DNA from: the human T2T-CHM13v2.0 reference genome, Homo sapiens
Reading direction: 5' to 3' (one strand)
DNA length: 64,000 nucleotides
NCBI RefSeq assembly: GCF_009914755.1
Contig: NC_060934.1
Positions 59,398 through 64,000 of the stretch are shown in pieces. Numbering within the stretch: the stretch's first letter is position 1; each line of letters opens with the position of its first letter. Made by a program: the position numbers and the translations under genes. The notes beneath the pieces were generated by a model. That model searched no databases and was not told where the DNA came from. It worked only from the letters and a program-made list of their open reading frames with translations.

Positions 59398-60838
59398 GAA
59401 GCAAAAAGAACAAAGCTGGAGGCATCATGCTACCTGACTTCAAACTATACTACAAGGCTATAGTAACCAAAACAGCATGGCATTGGTACAAAAACAGACA
59501 CATAGACCAATGGAACAGAATAAAGACGTCAGAAATAAGACTGCACATCTACAACCATATGATAGTCAACGAACCTGACAAAAACAAGCAATGGGAAAAA
59601 GATTCCCTATTTCATAAATGGTGCTGGGAAAGCTGGCTAGCCATATGCAGAAAATTGAAACTTGACCCCTTCCTTATACCTTATACAAAATTTAACTCAA
59701 CCTGGATTAAAGACTGAAATGTAAAACCCCAAACCGTAAAAGCCCTGGAAGATAACTGAAGCAAAACCATTCAGGACATAGGCATGGGCAAAGATTTTAT
59801 GACAAAAACATCAAAAGAAACTGCAAAAAAAGCAAAAATTGACAAATGGGATTATTTAAACTAAAGAGATTCTGCACAGCAAAAGAAACCATCATCAGAG
59901 TGAACATACAACCTACTGAATGGGATAAAATTTATTGCAATCTATACATTTCACAAAGGCCTAATATCCAGAATTTACAAGGAACTTAAACAAATTTACA
60001 AATAAAAAAATTACCCCATTAAAAAGGGGACAAAGGACATGAACAGACACTTGTCAAAAGAAGACATTTATGTGGCCAACAAACATATGAAAAAAAGCTT
60101 GACGTCACTGATCATTAGAGAAATGCAAATCAAAACCACAATGAGATACATGAGATACCATCTCACGTCAGTCAGAATAGTGATTATTAATAAGTCAAAA
60201 AGCAACAGATGCTGGTGAGGCTGTGGAGAAATAGGAACACTTTTACACTGTGGGTGGGAATGTAAATTAGTTCAACCATTATGGAAGACAGTGTGGCAAT
60301 TCCTCAAAGATCTAGAACCAGAAATACCCTTTGACCCAGCAATCCCATTACTGGGTATATACTCAAAGAAATATAAATCATTCTATTATAAAGATGCAAG
60401 TGTATGTTCATTGCAGCACTATTCACAATAGCAAAGACATGGAATCAACCCAAATGTCCATCAATGATAGACTGGATAAAGAAAATGTGGTACATATACA
60501 CCATGGAATACTATGCAGTCATAAAAAGGAGCAAGATTATGTCCTTTCCAGGGGCATGGATGGAGCTGGAAGCCATTATCCTCACCAAAGTAACAAAGGA
60601 ACAGAAAACCAAACACCACATGTTCTCACTTATAAGTGGGAGCTGAACAATGAGAACACATGGACACTGGGGCCTACCGGGAGGGTGAGGTGGGAAGACA
60701 GAGAGCATCAGGAAAAATAGCTAATGCATGCTGGGCTTAATACCTGGGTGACGTGTTGATAAATGCAGCAAACCACCATGGCACACATTTACCTATGTAA
60801 CAAACCTGCAAATCCTGCACATGTATCCCAGAACTTAA
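59398..60838 (+). mobile_element. L1PA (PA10-13-like), 5'-truncated; disrupted ORF2 C-terminus and 3' UTR
   Basis: ORF 59427-59717 [10 protein letters not shown]...[16 protein letters not shown] is L1 ORF2; 3' UTR gcatcaggaaaaatagctaatgcatgctgggcttaatacc. Confidence 0.96.
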
Positions 60839-61136
60839 TTTTTTTTTTTTTTTGGAAATGGAGTTTCGCTCTTGTTGCCCAGGCTAGAGTGCAATCACTG
60901 AATCTCAGCTCACTGCAACCTCCGCCTCCCAGGTTCAAGCGAATCTACTGCTTCAGCCTCCCCAGTAGCTGGGATTACAGGCATGTGCCACCCCACCCGG
61001 CTAATTTTGTATTTTTCATAGAGATGGGGTTTTTCCATGTTGGTCAGGCTGGTCTCAAACTCCCAACCTCAGATGATCCACGCGCCTAGGCCTCCCAAAG
61101 TGCTGGGATTACAGGTATGAGCCACCGCACCCAGCC
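60839..61136 (-). mobile_element. AluSp inserted in the L1 3' tail
   Basis: gagtttcgctcttgttgccc, ttccatgttggtcagg, ctcccaacctcag. Confidence 0.94.
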
Positions 61137-61614
61137 AAATTAAAATTTGTAAAAAAGAGTTTCTGTTTCTGACTCACATAAAGGGGAGGAGCTAGAGGAA
61201 ACTATGAATGAATAAACTATTTGAAAGTTATGTAGAGAATCCTCTCCAGTCAGTACTCCAAATGCCATTCTTCGTTAATGTCACATCCACCATAAGGATA
61301 TGCATATCTAATTAGACTATATTTCCTTTTATTGAGTTTTATTTTTTATTTTAATGATACCTTCTTTTAAATGAAACTATAGGAAATATTTATCACTTCA
61401 TATTTAAATTATAAACTAAAATACTCTTGATAATAAGCTCTCCTCAGATATTCTGTATATATTCCTGGCCCCATATTTTTCTTCCATGTGTTTTCTTATC
61501 CTTTAAGACCTAAGTCAAAAACTTTGCCAATAAAATGTCACCATTCTCTGCAGTCAAAATTAGTCTTGCCTCCTTCTGTGTGTTTAGGTTACTTTTCTGA
61601 TTGCAATTATTACA

Positions 61615-62177
61615 TACTATTTTGGCTGTGTACTGTTGTACAGATTTCACCCGAAATGTTAGTGCTTAAAGCACCAATTTATTATTATTTCTTCTGTTTC
61701 TGTGGTTGATCAGAATCAGGTGAACAATTCTTTCATGTGTTTGCAATCAAATAGTAGCTGGTTATAGAGTCACCTGAAGTCTTGATTGAATTGATAGGAA
61801 GACTTTTTCACTAAAATCTGGGGTACTTTGGCTGAGAGAGCAGGAACAGATTAGGTTTGGCTGGGTCCTTTTTTTTCCCATGTGTTTGCTCCGTGTAGCC
61901 TGCTTGGGCTTCCTCAGGGTAACTGGGCTTTTTATATGGAGTCTGGCTTCCTCCAGATCTAGTGTTCCAAGAAATATAGATGAAAGTGGTGAGGCTTTTC
62001 ATGACCTAGACTTAAGAATTCTGGGAATTACTTTTGCCGTATTCTGCTGGCCAAGCAAGTCAAGCTAGCCCAGATTCAGGCAGAGGAGCATACACTCCAT
62101 CTCAGTGTGAGGAGCAGCATGCATGTGCAGAGAGGGAAGGAACTGATGGTGGCCATTTTTGGAAATTACCTATCACA
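61615..62177 (-). mobile_element. MaLR LTR MLT1G/H-like
   Basis: cttgggcttcctca...ggcttttcatgacctag...ttttgccgtattctg...agcccagattca...ggccatttttgg...ctatcaca. Confidence 0.8.
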
Positions 62178-62349
62178 TGTGAAACAGAAGAGGATTTCAA
62201 TGCTGAAAGGAACCTGAAAGATCATCTTATACGTTTTCTCATTTTAATGGAGAAAAATCCAATTACTAAAAGTATGAATGCTATTTCATAAATGCTATTC
62301 AAGTATGAATAGTATTCATATTTCTAGTATGGGAAATAATCATCTCTCC

Positions 62350-62613
62350 AGTATATGCATGTTCTTCGCCTGTTTTAAAATTGTATTATTTGGTGTTGTT
62401 TTGCAATTGAGTTGTAGGAACTCTTTGTGTATTTAGAGTACTAACTCCTTATGAGATAATGTTTTGCAAATATTTTTTCCCACTCCATAAGTTGGTTTCT
62501 GCTCTGTTGATTATTTCCTTGGCTGTGCAGAAATATTTTAGTTTGGTATAGTCCCACTTACCTATTTTCACTTTTGCTACTTGTGTTTTTATGTTATATC
62601 CATGAAATCATTG
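62350..62613 (-). mobile_element. Antisense L1M ORF2 fragment abutting sense L1MB
   Basis: attgagttgtagga...ttgcaaatatttt...gctgtgcagaa...aaatcattgc. Confidence 0.88.
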
Positions 62614-63526
62614 CAACTCAATAGCAAAACCAAATGAAACAAACAAAAACAATTAAAAACTGGGAAAAGGGCTTGAATTTACATTTGTTCAAAGAAGAGA
62701 TACAAATGGCAACAGGTATATATAAATATTATCAATATCACTAATTATCAGAGAAATGCAAATTAAAACTGCAAGGAGATATCACTTCACATCTATTAGG
62801 ATAGCTAACATAAAAAATACACATATATTAATTTAAATATATATTTAAAACAAGTGTTAGCAAGGATGTGGAAAAATTGGAACACATACACTGTTGGTAG
62901 GAATGTAAAATCGTGCAACTGCAATAAAAAATAGTATAGAGTTTCCTCAAAAAAGTAAAAATAGAACTACCATATGATTTGCCCATCCCATCTTTAGGTA
63001 TATATTCAATAGAATTGAAATCCAGATCTGGAAGATATATATGTACTCCCATGCAACACTATTCACAATAGCTAAGTTCCGGAAACAACCTAAATGTTCA
63101 TTGACAGATGAATGGTGAAAGAAAATGTGATATGTACATATGATGGAATATTATTCAGACTTACAAAAAGAAGGAAGTACTGCCATATGCGATAATATGG
63201 ATGAACCTGGAAGACGTTATGCTAAGTGAAACAAGCCAGTCACACAAATGCAGAGTAATTCCACTTATATGAAGTATCTAAAATAATTAGACACATAGAA
63301 ATAGAGAGTAGAATGGTGGTTGCCAGAGGGTAGGGGAAGGAGGGAAATGAGGAATTGCTGTTTAACAGGTATAAGGTTTTAGTTTGCAAGATAAATTCTA
63401 GCGATATGTTGTATAGTAATGTGCCAATAGTTAATAATACTGTATTGTGCACTTAAAAATCTGTTCAGACGGTAGGTCTCATGTTAAGTGTTCTTACCAC
63501 AATAAAAAAATAATAAAATAAAATAA
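62614..63526 (+). mobile_element. L1MB-type 3' end
   Basis: gaaatgcaaattaaaac...ggatgaacctggaagacgttatgctaagtgaa...ctcatgttaagtgttcttaccacaataaaa. Confidence 0.9.
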
Positions 63527-63550
63527 GAGCAAACATTTCTACATATAACG

Positions 63551-63973
63551 TGTATTAGTTCATTCTCACACTGCTATAAAGAAATATATGAGACTGGGTA
63601 ATTTATAAAGAAAAGAGGTTTAAGTAGCCCTTGGTTCTACACAGGCTGTACAGGAAGTCTGCTTCTGGGGATGCCTGTGGGGATGCCTTGAGAAGTTTTT
63701 GCTCATGGTGGAAGGCAAAGGGGGAGCCAGCATCTTACATGGCAGGATCAGGAGGAACAGAGGGAACAGGGAGGTTCTACACGCTTTTAAACAACCAGAT
63801 CTTGTGAGAACTCTCTCTCTATTACAATGACAGTACCAAGGGGGATGGTGTTGAGAAACCATGAGAAGCCACCCCCATGATCAAATTACCTTCCATTAGG
63901 CCCCACTTCCAACATTGGGGATTACAATTGGATACGAGATCTGGGGGTGGGAACACAGATCCAAACCATATCA
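63551..63973 (-). mobile_element. MSTA-like solo LTR
   Basis: tgtattagttcattctcacactgctataaagaaa...acacagatccaaaccatatca. Confidence 0.92.
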
Positions 63974-64000
63974 ATACATAACAGGAAAAATGAAAGAATA

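Noticed and set aside
60141-60158. 9-bp duplication atgagatac in L1; also tggggatgcct x2 in the MSTA near 63666
   Set aside because: Ordinary post-insertion slippage in neutral repeats.
59427-60720. L1 ORF2-like peptides (also 26600-27369) as functional CDS
   Set aside because: 5'-truncated, frameshifted and stop-interrupted remnants without EN or RT domains.

Overview
AT-rich, non-coding primate genomic DNA, almost certainly human because it carries an AluYa5 with all five diagnostic bases. It is either intronic or intergenic, and I cannot name the locus. I see no protein-coding exon, RNA gene, CpG island or CRISPR-like array. The ORF track is mostly Alu-, L1- and LTR-derived frames plus short chance ORFs. 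The window contains about 25 Alus (J, S, Y, Ya5), several L1 fragments (one clear and one possible 5'-inverted copy, plus an ancient 5' UTR), many L2/MIR relics, solo MaLR LTRs (THE1/MST/MLT1), ERV1 LTRs (three LTR8/8A, MER4, LTR10A) and DNA-transposon relics (MER5, MER2, Tigger3). I found no convincing new biological system. The most notable observations are: (1) a MIR>Alu>twin-primed L1 triple nest; (2) a hairpin-associated micro-inversion inside an MLT1 LTR; (3) a young AluYa5 with a perfect TSD; (4) an LTR10A with an AP-1 repeat array next to an LTR8 cluster; (5) closely spaced inverted Alus; (6) a repeat-poor 4.3-kb block with enhancer-like motif clusters; and (7) two candidate non-coding exons. 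Subfamily calls come from remembered consensus sequences read by eye, and boundaries of the old repeats are approximate.
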